This document shows, piece by piece, positions 28,606 to 38,051 of a stretch of 58,443 bases of DNA. This stretch comes from a bacterium (GTDB lineage: Bacteria; Verrucomicrobiota; Kiritimatiellia; SPBP01). A model generated the notes under the pieces. The model was given only the letters and a program-made list of their open reading frames with translations. It was not told where the DNA came from and made no database searches. Both the position numbers and the translations under genes were made by a program. The first letter of the stretch is position 1, and the number at the start of each line of letters is the position of its first letter. Location: the NCBI GenBank assembly GCA_037135275.1, contig JBAXKQ010000003.1, positions 1 to 58,443 of the forward strand, written 5' to 3'.

Positions 28606-29787
28606 ATGAGGCTGCTGCGATCAGCAATGGTGATGAGTCTGGTGCTGGTGGGTTTCGCATCTTCAGTGACAGCGTCGGAGTTCCGGACAATGGGACCTCG
28701 CGCAATGTCGATGGGCAAGGCTTCAGTGGCCCGCCCCTCCCCTGCCTATGCTGCTTATTATAACCCTGCAGCGCTGGGAATCGACGACAGGGGTGGCATC
28801 GAGATGGCCGTTGGCGTCTGCACGCGCGATACCGGCCTTTCTGAACATCTTGACCCGCTGATTAACGCCGAATGGGACACGGCCACGGAAAACCCTAGCG
28901 GCCCGGAGGCGGCAGCCATCATTGCCGAGCTCAGGCAAGTCAAGGACACTGACGCCCTGATTGTCACCCCCAGCGCCGCCGCCGGCGTCAAGATCGGCCC
29001 TATCGCAGTCGGCATCTACCCCTCGGCCCAAGCCGTCATATATACGCATGTCGACCTCGTGAATATAAGCACCGCAATCGGGGTCCCGAACTCATTCACA
29101 GCCAATGATTCGAGAGTGTGTCTCCAGGGACTCGGCCTCGTCGAGGTTCCGCTGGCGTACGGGCACGCGTTCAAGCTGGGCCAGAGCGGCAGGCTGGGCA
29201 TCGGCGGCTCCGTGAAGTACATCGAGGGCGCCACCTACGATCTTCGGGAGGGCGTGCAAATGGCCAGTTCCGAGGACCTTTCCGAGAGAATGAATGACGC
29301 CGACACACTGTCTTCAAACATCGGAGTAGACCTCGGCATCCTCTACAGGAGCGAGGGAGACCGTCTTTCCCTTGGACTCCTTGCGAGAAACCTTAACTCC
29401 CCCTCGTTCGAGACTGTGACACCAGGCGAGAGCTTCAAGGAGGACGCACAGGTTCGCGCCGGCCTGGCATACAACCTCTCGGAGCACTTTGTTTGCGCTG
29501 CAGACATTGACGTGACGGCAAATAAAACCCTGGTTCCAGGCTACACATCGCGTCAGCTGAGCGTCGGCATAGGCTACGAACGCAAGTATTTCTCGCTGCG
29601 CGGCGGGGCAACGAAGAATATCGAGGCCAGCGGGTCACCGGTGTCGTTCAGCCTCGGCACCACTCTCGGCTCCGACGCATTCCACTTCGACCTTGCCGGC
29701 TCCGTATCAAGCTCATGGGAGAACTATGAGGACTACTCGTTCCCGGTCGAAGGCGGCTTGATGCTGGCCATAGGCGGCGGCTGGTAG
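28606..29787 (+). CDS. Outer-membrane beta-barrel protein, TraF_2/FadL-like
   Basis: GGAGG RBS and signal peptide. GPRAMSMG...AAYYNPAAL N-terminal motif. Alternating beta strands (DLGILY, ARNLNSPSF, QVRAGLAY) and a terminal Trp. Confidence 0.72.
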   Translation: MRLLRSAMVMSLVLVGFASSVTASEFRTMGPRAMSMGKASVARPSPAYAAYYNPAALGIDDRGGIEMAVGVCTRDTGLSEHLDPLINAEWDTATENPSGPEAAAIIAELRQVKDTDALIVTPSAAAGVKIGPIAVGIYPSAQAVIYTHVDLVNISTAIGVPNSFTANDSRVCLQGLGLVEVPLAYGHAFKLGQSGRLGIGGSVKYIEGATYDLREGVQMASSEDLSERMNDADTLSSNIGVDLGILYRSEGDRLSLGLLARNLNSPSFETVTPGESFKEDAQVRAGLAYNLSEHFVCAADIDVTANKTLVPGYTSRQLSVGIGYERKYFSLRGGATKNIEASGSPVSFSLGTTLGSDAFHFDLAGSVSSSWENYEDYSFPVEGGLMLAIGGGW

Positions 29788-29961
29788 CCACAAAAGCTTC
29801 CAAACTAGAAGTCTCCTCTTGACAGCCGCTGCGGCTTTGTCGATGATGCCCCCCGCGAAAACCCACACTCAGGCGGTTTTCGAGGGCAGAGGCCCCGGCC
29901 GCATGAGGCGGTGTTTCCGCCTGCCTTCAGGTTTTCTTTGGAGCCTTTCGAGGACGTCACC

Positions 29962-31797
29962 ATGAAGCCCAAGTACAGAAATATAGGTATCATTGCGCAT
30001 GTGGACCACGGCAAGACCACGCTCGTGGACAAGTTGTTGCGCGAAGGCGGCGCCTACCATGCCAACGAGGTAGTGGAGGAGCGCGCAATGGACTCCATGG
30101 ATCTCGAACGGGAAAAGGGCATCACGATCAAGGCCAAGAACGCCGCGATCCACTGGGGTGATCACACGATCAACATCGTCGACACCCCGGGCCATGCCGA
30201 CTTCGGCGGCGAGGTCGAGCGCATATTGAAGATGGTCGACGGCGTACTCGTGCTGGTCGACGCATTCGACGGGCCGCAGGCCCAGACGCGCTTTGTTCTC
30301 AAGAAGGCGTTCCAAAACCACCTCAAGCCCATCATTGTGATCAACAAGATCGACAGAGAGAACTCCAACCCTCACCGCGTGCATGACCAGATCCTCGAGC
30401 TCCTGTTGGAACTACACGCCACCGAGGACCAGTTCAACGCCCCGTTCATCTATGCAAGCGCACGCGATGGCTACGCACTCAAGAACATCGGTGATCCACA
30501 CGATGGCATGAAGCCACTGTTTGAGGCCATTATCGAACACATCCCGCCGCCGCATGCAGATCCAGCGGCCCCGTTCCAGATGCTTGTGAGCAATCTTGAC
30601 TGGAGCGACTACGTCGGCAGGATAGGCGTCGGCAAGGTCCTCGGAGGCCACGTGAAGCTGGGCGATTCAATCGTCTGCATCCACAAGAATGGCAAACGAG
30701 AACGGGCTGTTGTCACAAAGCTTATGGAATTCAGCGGCACACACACGTCAGACTCCACCACCGATGGCGAGGCCGGCAATATCGTTGGAATTGCCGGGTT
30801 CGAGGATCTAGACATCGGCGAGACTCTGTGCGACTCCGAGGAGCGGGAACCGCTGCCTTTCGTCGAATTTGACCCGCCGACCATCCAGATGCAGTTCTGC
30901 GTAAACGACGGTCCGCTGGCAGGGCGCGATGGCAAATTTCTCACGTCACGCCAGGTACGCGAGCGACTCTACCGCGAGACGAGAATGAACGTCTCGCTCA
31001 GCGTCGGCGACACCGACGTGCCCAACGTTTTCCTCGTCAGCGCCCGCGGCGAACTGCAGATCGCAATCCTGGTTGAGCAAATGCGACGCGAAGGTTTTGA
31101 GCTCCTGGTATCGCGGCCCGAGGTAATTGTCCGCAGGGATGGCGACCGGTTGCTGGAGCCTTTTGAGACACTCTGGCTTGAGCTCCCCGCGGAATACATC
31201 GGTGATGTCATGCAGAACCTCGCTTCCCGCAAGGCGCAGGTAACCAATCTTGAACATCACCACAAGCATGTGGGCCTCGAGGCGGTAATCCCCACGCGCG
31301 GAATTATTGGACTTGAGACGGACCTCGTGAACGCAACCAGCGGCCAGACCGTCATGAGCCACATGTTCAAGGAATACGCCCTTCACTGTGGTCCGATCCG
31401 CACACGGCTGACGGGAACACTGGTGTCAATGGAGACTGGTGTCTCAACTTCCTATGCCCTTGACACCATTCAGGAACGCGGAAAACTCTTCATAGCCGCC
31501 GGCGACCAGGTCTACGAAGGCATGATCGTGGGAGAAAACCCGCGCGGCGAGGATATGCCGGTCAATCCGACACGGACAAAGCACCTGACGAACTTCAGGT
31601 GCCATGGAGAGGGAAAGGGCGCCATGCTCACCCCACCCGTCCGCATGTCGCTTGAACGCGCCATCGAGTATATCGCCTCAGATGAATTCGTGGAGGCAAC
31701 GCCCAAGTTCATCCGGCTCAGGAAACGCATCCTCAACGCTGTGGTGCGAAAACGCTCGGCGATCGGCGAGAAGGCAGCCGCTGAGGAAGCCCGCTGA
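29962..31797 (+). CDS. typA: Translational GTPase TypA/BipA
   Basis: [62 protein letters not shown] motifs. Confidence 0.97.
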   Translation: MKPKYRNIGIIAHVDHGKTTLVDKLLREGGAYHANEVVEERAMDSMDLEREKGITIKAKNAAIHWGDHTINIVDTPGHADFGGEVERILKMVDGVLVLVDAFDGPQAQTRFVLKKAFQNHLKPIIVINKIDRENSNPHRVHDQILELLLELHATEDQFNAPFIYASARDGYALKNIGDPHDGMKPLFEAIIEHIPPPHADPAAPFQMLVSNLDWSDYVGRIGVGKVLGGHVKLGDSIVCIHKNGKRERAVVTKLMEFSGTHTSDSTTDGEAGNIVGIAGFEDLDIGETLCDSEEREPLPFVEFDPPTIQMQFCVNDGPLAGRDGKFLTSRQVRERLYRETRMNVSLSVGDTDVPNVFLVSARGELQIAILVEQMRREGFELLVSRPEVIVRRDGDRLLEPFETLWLELPAEYIGDVMQNLASRKAQVTNLEHHHKHVGLEAVIPTRGIIGLETDLVNATSGQTVMSHMFKEYALHCGPIRTRLTGTLVSMETGVSTSYALDTIQERGKLFIAAGDQVYEGMIVGENPRGEDMPVNPTRTKHLTNFRCHGEGKGAMLTPPVRMSLERAIEYIASDEFVEATPKFIRLRKRILNAVVRKRSAIGEKAAAEEAR

Positions 31798-31803
31798 ACC
31801 AAA

Positions 31804-33171
31804 CTATTCTTTGGCCACCGGCGATTGGCCGATTACATGCACGTTGAAGCCTATTCTGCCCAGCTTGCCGTGGTCTAGCTTCCGCCTGCCGTCGAATACA
31901 AAAGCCGGCTTGACCATGGTCTTGAAGATCCGGTCATAATCAAGAGTCTCGTAGCACTGCCAGTCAGTCAGAACCACCAGGGCATGCGCGCCTGCGGCTG
32001 CCTTGTACGGATCCGGTTCAAAAGTTACCCCTCCGCCAAAACCCGCGAGATCCTGCTTGGCATTCTCCAGCGCTTCCGGGTCGCTCACCACGATATCGGC
32101 CCGCTCCTCAAGAAGCCTCCTGCAGACTCCAATAGCCGGACTTTCACGCGTATCTCCCGTGTTGGCCTTGAACGCAAACCCCAGCACAGCAATGCGCTTG
32201 CCGGCGACGGTATTGAACATCGTGCGAAGGATATTCCCAACGCAGCGCTCCTGCTGGTAATCGTTGATCACCACCACCTGGCGCCAGTATTCGGCAACCT
32301 GGTGCAGGCCATAGCTCTCGCAAAGATATACCAGATTAAGGATGTCCTTCTTGAAACATGAACCGCCGAAACCTATGCCGGCACTCAGGAATTTCGGGCC
32401 GATGCGGCTGTCCATTCCAATTGCCCTCGCAACTTCACCTATGTCGGCCTCAGTCACTTCACAGAGGGCCGAGAGACTGTTGATGGAGCTTACACGCTGG
32501 GCAAGCATTGCATTCGCAGCCAGCTTGGAGAGCTCGCTGGACCAGACATTTGCCGTGAGAATCCTGTCGCGCGGAATCCAGTGTGCGTAAATATCCACCA
32601 GCGCCTTCACCGCCGCCTGCCCTGCCGGCGTACCCGCCCCGCCGACCAGTACGCGGTCTGGCGATTCCAGATCCTGGACAGCAGTGCCCTCCGCCAGGAA
32701 CTCGGGATTGGATAACACCTCAAAATGAACGGAGCCGGGACCGGAATGCAGAATGCGCGCCATGGCATCGGCTGTCCGTACTGGAAGGGTACTCTTCTCA
32801 ACAACTATCTTGTCGGTCTTGGAGTTAGCCAGGATGATCCTGGCGGTCTTTTCCCAGTACTGCAGGTCCGCGGCCCTCCCTGCGCCATGCCCGAAGGTCT
32901 TCGTAGGGGTGTTGACGCTTACAAATATTATGTCGGCCTTCTCGATATTCCCGGCTACATCCGAGGAAAAGAACAGATTCCTGCCCAGGCTTTTCTTGAC
33001 CAGTTCCCCAAGCCCGGGTTCGTATATCGGCGGATTTCCGGAATTCCAGGCCTTTATGCGATCCTCGTTGATGTCGACAACCGTGATCACATATCCGGGG
33101 CACTTGTGAGCAATCATGGCCATGGTCGGCCCGCCGACGTATCCCGCCCCGATGCAAAGAATGTTTTTCAT
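31804..33171 (-). CDS. ugd: UDP-glucose 6-dehydrogenase (eukaryote-like type)
   Basis: CIGAGYVGGPT, SVNTPTK, EKSTLP, SNPEFLAEG, SSELSKL, GFGGSCFKKD, GFAFKANTGDTRESPA motifs. RBS GGAGG. Confidence 0.95.
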   Translation of the reverse strand: MKNILCIGAGYVGGPTMAMIAHKCPGYVITVVDINEDRIKAWNSGNPPIYEPGLGELVKKSLGRNLFFSSDVAGNIEKADIIFVSVNTPTKTFGHGAGRAADLQYWEKTARIILANSKTDKIVVEKSTLPVRTADAMARILHSGPGSVHFEVLSNPEFLAEGTAVQDLESPDRVLVGGAGTPAGQAAVKALVDIYAHWIPRDRILTANVWSSELSKLAANAMLAQRVSSINSLSALCEVTEADIGEVARAIGMDSRIGPKFLSAGIGFGGSCFKKDILNLVYLCESYGLHQVAEYWRQVVVINDYQQERCVGNILRTMFNTVAGKRIAVLGFAFKANTGDTRESPAIGVCRRLLEERADIVVSDPEALENAKQDLAGFGGGVTFEPDPYKAAAGAHALVVLTDWQCYETLDYDRIFKTMVKPAFVFDGRRKLDHGKLGRIGFNVHVIGQSPVAKE

Positions 33172-33412
33172 AGTTCCTCCGCTTTGCCCCCAGTCAAAGA
33201 GCTGTATGACGACTTGGTGAGGCATCTTGTGCCATAATCTGGCCCGGTCTGCAATCTGCGAATTCATGCGCCGCCAACTCGCGTGCCGGCCGCGCAATGA
33301 CGCCAGCACCTTTCCCGGCTCCATCACAAGACACCGGCAGGCAATGAGAATAGCACTCTTGATTTATCCCCAGGAGACAGCTACCGTCTCCGCAGGATTG
33401 GAGTCAACACAC

Positions 33413-33964
33413 ATGACGTCAGACAAGGCATGCGGCTTTGCGGACCTGGTCCGGCAGCGACGAAGTTGTCGAACCTATAAGACGGATGCTGTGCCGCCTG
33501 AGACTGTTGCTCGAATTCTTGATTCGGCGCGACTTGCGCCTTCCGCGTGCAACAAACAGCCATGGCGCTTCGCGGTCGTAACCGACCAGGCCACACGCCT
33601 GCGCCTTGTCAGGGAAGGACTCCAACCCGGCATCAGGATGGAATGGGCTGCAATCGCCCCGGTCATCTTCGTCCTGGGTATCCGAAAGGATTTCATAACT
33701 CACCGGCTTGCTCCCAGGTTGTCGGGTGTCGAGTATCCCCTTCTCGACCTTGGCATCGCCGGTGAACACCTGGTGCTCCAGGCCACAGAGCTCGGGCTGG
33801 GCACCTGCTGGATCGGCTGGATCCGCCCGCGACAGGTACGCCGGATCGTGGATTGGCCCGGCGATATCACGCCACAGGCGCTGATAACTCTCGGCTGGCC
33901 GGCGCTGCCGCCCTCTGAACCCCGCCCGCGCCTGGAACCCGGCGATATCACGAAATGGATATGA
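33413..33964 (+). CDS. Nitroreductase family protein
   Basis: RRSCRTY, ARLAPSACNKQPW, DLGIAGEHLVLQATELGLGTCWIG motifs. Confidence 0.92.
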   Translation: MTSDKACGFADLVRQRRSCRTYKTDAVPPETVARILDSARLAPSACNKQPWRFAVVTDQATRLRLVREGLQPGIRMEWAAIAPVIFVLGIRKDFITHRLAPRLSGVEYPLLDLGIAGEHLVLQATELGLGTCWIGWIRPRQVRRIVDWPGDITPQALITLGWPALPPSEPRPRLEPGDITKWI

Positions 33965-34003
33965 GGAAGTGCACCGCCAGATCCACTGCAGCACGCTGGC
34001 GGC

Positions 34004-36604
34004 CTAATTACCAAAAGTGGCTTTGCCGAACAGGTTGGGCTGGTGGCTGCCGCCGGACACAAAGGGCCACGCGTTCAACTCCTGAGCCTTGCCAACAACC
34101 CTGTTCCTGACCACCAGTATGCGCAGGCTGGTGTCCCGGCCGGGCTTCTGCGCGCCGATCGTAGCCCACGGCACAGCCATCTCCAGGGTCCACGCTCCGT
34201 CTTCCCGGCCGGTGGCTGATGTGATCACGCCATTCCAGCCGGCATTCATCCCCTGACCGTCATAGACAACGCCCGCCGCATTGATGATGAACTGGTAGTA
34301 CGGTTGGCCACTCTCATCAGGCGAAACAAAGAGCTCTATCGAGTCATCCATGTACACCGCGCCATCGCGCATCCTGGCGCCGAGATGCAATGCGGCCAGT
34401 TCCGGCTCAGTGCAGCGGGCGGCCAGGTAAAGGCACTGGTCATCCCACCCCAGCCATACCGCAGCAGGCTGACTGGCGGGGCGATCGAGTTCAGGCCGGG
34501 CCAAGTGGTTGAGCGTCGCCCGCCCTTTCCACGCCGCGTCGTCAAGCTTACCATCGATTTCAGGCCGCTCTCGAATCCTGGGCATGCAGATTCCCGGCCG
34601 CGCCTGGGCCTTCAGCATCGCGTCCAGCGGCAGATTCACAGAATTCCCCGCCTCCATGCCCGACGTGCTCCTCACCTTGATGTCGCACACCGGCAGGGGA
34701 AAGAATGTCCCCGGGGCAAACAGTTCACCACGATATCGCACGTGGAACTCCGACGGCTCGCATACCCCCTTGACCACACGTGACTCAGCTACGACCGGTT
34801 CAATCGACCAGCCGCCCCGTTCTGGCAGCTTCCACTCCATGGCGACTGTGCCATCCGCATCCTTGTCCAGCCCATCAACGGCAAACAGTACACGGCTGGA
34901 CAATGGATCGCTTTCAACCGTGCTGAAACTGACGCTCCCCTTGAAGTTCATATTGCGAACGACCTCCCCCAGCTTCTGGCGGAAACGCAGCTGGGTGACC
35001 AATGGCGGCACCCTGGTCGCCCCGAACCGCAGGTCAGGCGATGTTTCATCGCCGGGGTCGCCGCCGGGGACCAGACGCAGATGGACCTCATGCACGCCGG
35101 CCTCAAGCTGCACCGGGAACGTCTGCCAGCTTCCCCGACCGGTCGCCGGGAGCGCTCTGCCTCCAACGCGGACCTGTGCATTGCCGGAACTGCGTACCTG
35201 AAACTGGTAGACGTCGCTGCGGGAAACCTCCACAAGGCCTTCCAGGGCAATCTCCTGGCCGGGCTTGATGCCCGCACAGTCGTACCACGCCCTGGTCAAG
35301 TTGCTCCCTGCTATCGTTTGCGTCCTTCCTCCCGACGTTACACGGAATCCAGGCCGCGCCGACGGCAGGGCCGCCTGCTCTGCCGGTACCGCCACTGACG
35401 GTACCCCCGCGGTAACCACGCGCCACGTGTTTGTATCAACAGTCCTGCGTTCCCCGCCCCATGGTCTGCACAGCGGGTCGCCAACAATCAGCAGCTGGTA
35501 TGGTGCGGCCACAGACCGGTAGAATGCCTCGGCCAGCGACGCTCCGCGTGCATAGTACACGTGGATAAACGGGGTCGGGAACTTCGCCTGGATCGCGCCC
35601 GGTTCCGTGACTGTGCCAGAGACGCCGGCTGCACCGTGCCGCGTAAACTCGGTCATCGGCGTCTGGTCGCTCAACAGGAGCAGAATGCCGCCAAAGCTGG
35701 TCAGGTTGTCGTAAATTGCACCTGGCAGGATCCTGCTGCCCGCAGCCGCGAAGTCAAATTCAGCCGTCCCCACGGTAGCTCCCGCGATATCACCACGCCC
35801 CTGGGGAAGAGGACCTTTCACTATTTCAGCCTCCACCCCCTCATTCTTGAGCAGGCGAACCGCCTCCTCGAATCCCCACTGGCGCACTCTCGTCCGGATA
35901 TCGTCGCTGACGGTGTAGTAGATTGTGCCGGTCGGGCATGTTCCGTCCGCAGCCACCGCACGCTCGAGCGCCGCAACTGCTTCCCTGACCGACGTACCTC
36001 GCCCGCTGGTTGCGCCGAGCATTGTTGAGAGCATATACCGCCTGCCCGCGCCATTCGTCACCGGCATCCCCAGCGCGTCCCAGGCCGTCTGCGAACGGAA
36101 GCGTGGCACCTCCCCTGCAACGGTTCGGCCGGCGTAACGATTACTGTCCATCGCGGAGTACTCTGCAATTGAACGGGCCAACACGGCTTCATGAAGGTAC
36201 GTCATTCCCGTGAGGGAGCCTCGCCCCCCGGACCAGGCCGGGACTGCGCTGCTACCGATATCGCCGCCAAGATCAACGCCAAACGGCATGTCGGCCGAGT
36301 ACGCGATGCAGTCTATGGCGCCCTGCAACCCGCGGGCCTTGATGGCGGAAAACACAGGAATGAGAATCCTGTTGCGAAACTCCTCCACCCCGATCGTCTC
36401 AAAGCTGGACAACCCTGATATTACGATGACATTCCGTTCCGGAATGCCGCGGAGGTGCACATACGCGTTTGCCACTGCCGCGGAGGCCCAACTGTCCTCG
36501 TTGACCACAACAGCAACATTCTCAGGCCGCAGGATATCCTTCACCTGAGCGCCTGTTGCAATACCGGCGGTGGAAAGCAGCATAAACAGCCAATTCCTGG
36601 TCAT
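34004..36604 (-). CDS. Secreted TIGR03790-like protein fused to a PA14-like segment and a C-terminal CBM9/DOMON-like sugar-binding domain
   Basis: PENVAVVVN...VANAYVHLRGIP, DNLTSFGG, GVSGTVTEP, LAEAFY, VGDPLCRP. C-terminus IDGKLDDAAW, WDDQCLY, DSIELFVSP, WTLEMAVPW. Family calls are from motif recall. Confidence 0.75.
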   Translation of the reverse strand: MTRNWLFMLLSTAGIATGAQVKDILRPENVAVVVNEDSWASAAVANAYVHLRGIPERNVIVISGLSSFETIGVEEFRNRILIPVFSAIKARGLQGAIDCIAYSADMPFGVDLGGDIGSSAVPAWSGGRGSLTGMTYLHEAVLARSIAEYSAMDSNRYAGRTVAGEVPRFRSQTAWDALGMPVTNGAGRRYMLSTMLGATSGRGTSVREAVAALERAVAADGTCPTGTIYYTVSDDIRTRVRQWGFEEAVRLLKNEGVEAEIVKGPLPQGRGDIAGATVGTAEFDFAAAGSRILPGAIYDNLTSFGGILLLLSDQTPMTEFTRHGAAGVSGTVTEPGAIQAKFPTPFIHVYYARGASLAEAFYRSVAAPYQLLIVGDPLCRPWGGERRTVDTNTWRVVTAGVPSVAVPAEQAALPSARPGFRVTSGGRTQTIAGSNLTRAWYDCAGIKPGQEIALEGLVEVSRSDVYQFQVRSSGNAQVRVGGRALPATGRGSWQTFPVQLEAGVHEVHLRLVPGGDPGDETSPDLRFGATRVPPLVTQLRFRQKLGEVVRNMNFKGSVSFSTVESDPLSSRVLFAVDGLDKDADGTVAMEWKLPERGGWSIEPVVAESRVVKGVCEPSEFHVRYRGELFAPGTFFPLPVCDIKVRSTSGMEAGNSVNLPLDAMLKAQARPGICMPRIRERPEIDGKLDDAAWKGRATLNHLARPELDRPASQPAAVWLGWDDQCLYLAARCTEPELAALHLGARMRDGAVYMDDSIELFVSPDESGQPYYQFIINAAGVVYDGQGMNAGWNGVITSATGREDGAWTLEMAVPWATIGAQKPGRDTSLRILVVRNRVVGKAQELNAWPFVSGGSHQPNLFGKATFGN

Positions 36605-36794
36605 CGTCGTTTACCCCATGCTCGCCGGGAGATGTCCCTTCGGCGTCACATCAACCACAACACTATTCCCTGCCGGCGGGGCTGAATCGCAAGGATTCCG
36701 GCAAAGTCCACCGCGAGCCGGATAACTCACCGGTTTCACGGCCACTACACCCGGTCGCTGTGCCGGGCCAGGCCAGCTCCAGCCGCCCCAAATG

Positions 36795-38027
36795 TCAGAC
36801 CGCGTCCAGCTCGGAGTGTGGTGTGCTGGCGATACAGTTGCGATCATCAAAGACATTCAAGAACCAGGCGGCGGTGCGGGCTGGAAGATCAGCCTCTATC
36901 CGGCCGGTAGCAGTGTCAATCCTGGCCGGCGTGACGCTCCACTTGCGGTCGGTCCAGTGTCCAAGCGCTCGTGTCGTGCACAGTTCCGCCCTGGCAATCG
37001 GGCGTTTTGATTCAAATACCGCCCACACCTTCCGGCCGTCCCGCCCCTGCCCTCGCATGCAAGGCAGCGGGTCGCCATCGCGCAGAATGCTGTCCATGAA
37101 AACCCCAATCTCAGCCGGTGACCAGCCTTCCACATGGCCGTGCGCCATTTCGACGCGGATGCAGAGGGTGCGCGGCCCGGGTGCGTTTTCGTATGAAAGC
37201 TTGAGCGAGGATAACGGATACGCAAAATCATTCGTCCCGCTCACCCAGCACATGGGCATGCGCGAGCGCGCAAGGTAGCGGGCCGGGTCCCAGAGGTCGA
37301 GCCATCGCCTCACGTTGCCGGCAGGAAGCGAAGGAAACGTATTGTCGTTCCATGTCGAGTCATGCCCCAGGAAGCCGCATCCGTAAACAGGCACAACCGC
37401 GCGCAATCGCGAGTCGACGCCGGCAAGCACGCTGGCCAGGCAGCCACCCCATGAAATGCCGCTGACCCCGATGCGTCCCGGATCAACACCATGCTGTGCC
37501 GCGAGCAGTGAATGGCCGGCAATGGCCGCAGCGACGGCATGATAGGGCCACTGATCCCCGACCGGATCGGCAGTCTGATCAAAAGACGCATCGTGGCCCG
37601 GCGGCCCGCCGTGTTCGTGGCGTCTGTTGTCGCCGCCGAGTCCCTGCGCATACCCGGGCGCGGAACCGCACAGGTCCATGGCGATCGCCGCATACCCGAG
37701 GCTGTTCCATAACTGAACCCAGCCGTGAAATGCCGTGCCACCGCCGCCGTGCAGCAGCACCACGCCGGGGCACGTCTGCCCTGGTGCCACCTTCGGCACC
37801 TGCATCCAGGCAAACACCCGTGTCGGCTGTCCCTTCCACGGCACGCCCTCATAGAAGAGCGCCGGCACGCCATCAGCCTGGAAACCCGGTGCCTGGAAAA
37901 CGGCCGGTGGCTTGTGAAGGCTGGCAAGCGGCCATGCCACTTCGGGCGCAGCATCACCCTCACGTCCGGCTGCCGCGGAATGACCGGACAATTCGAGCCC
38001 GGACTTTAGATTGATCTGATCCTTCAC
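36795..38027 (-). CDS. Alpha/beta hydrolase (acetylxylan esterase/dienelactone hydrolase-like)
   Basis: LHGGGG, nucleophile elbow GISWGG, GTND, HGH motifs. GTG start with GGAG RBS. Confidence 0.85.
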   Translation of the reverse strand: MKDQINLKSGLELSGHSAAAGREGDAAPEVAWPLASLHKPPAVFQAPGFQADGVPALFYEGVPWKGQPTRVFAWMQVPKVAPGQTCPGVVLLHGGGGTAFHGWVQLWNSLGYAAIAMDLCGSAPGYAQGLGGDNRRHEHGGPPGHDASFDQTADPVGDQWPYHAVAAAIAGHSLLAAQHGVDPGRIGVSGISWGGCLASVLAGVDSRLRAVVPVYGCGFLGHDSTWNDNTFPSLPAGNVRRWLDLWDPARYLARSRMPMCWVSGTNDFAYPLSSLKLSYENAPGPRTLCIRVEMAHGHVEGWSPAEIGVFMDSILRDGDPLPCMRGQGRDGRKVWAVFESKRPIARAELCTTRALGHWTDRKWSVTPARIDTATGRIEADLPARTAAWFLNVFDDRNCIASTPHSELDAV

Positions 38028-38051
38028 AACTCACTCCAGTGTTTCAGACGC

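Noticed and set aside
28606-29787. TraF-like gene as evidence of a conjugative element
   Set aside because: No relaxase, T4SS, integrase or att-like repeats; it is flanked by cysC and typA.
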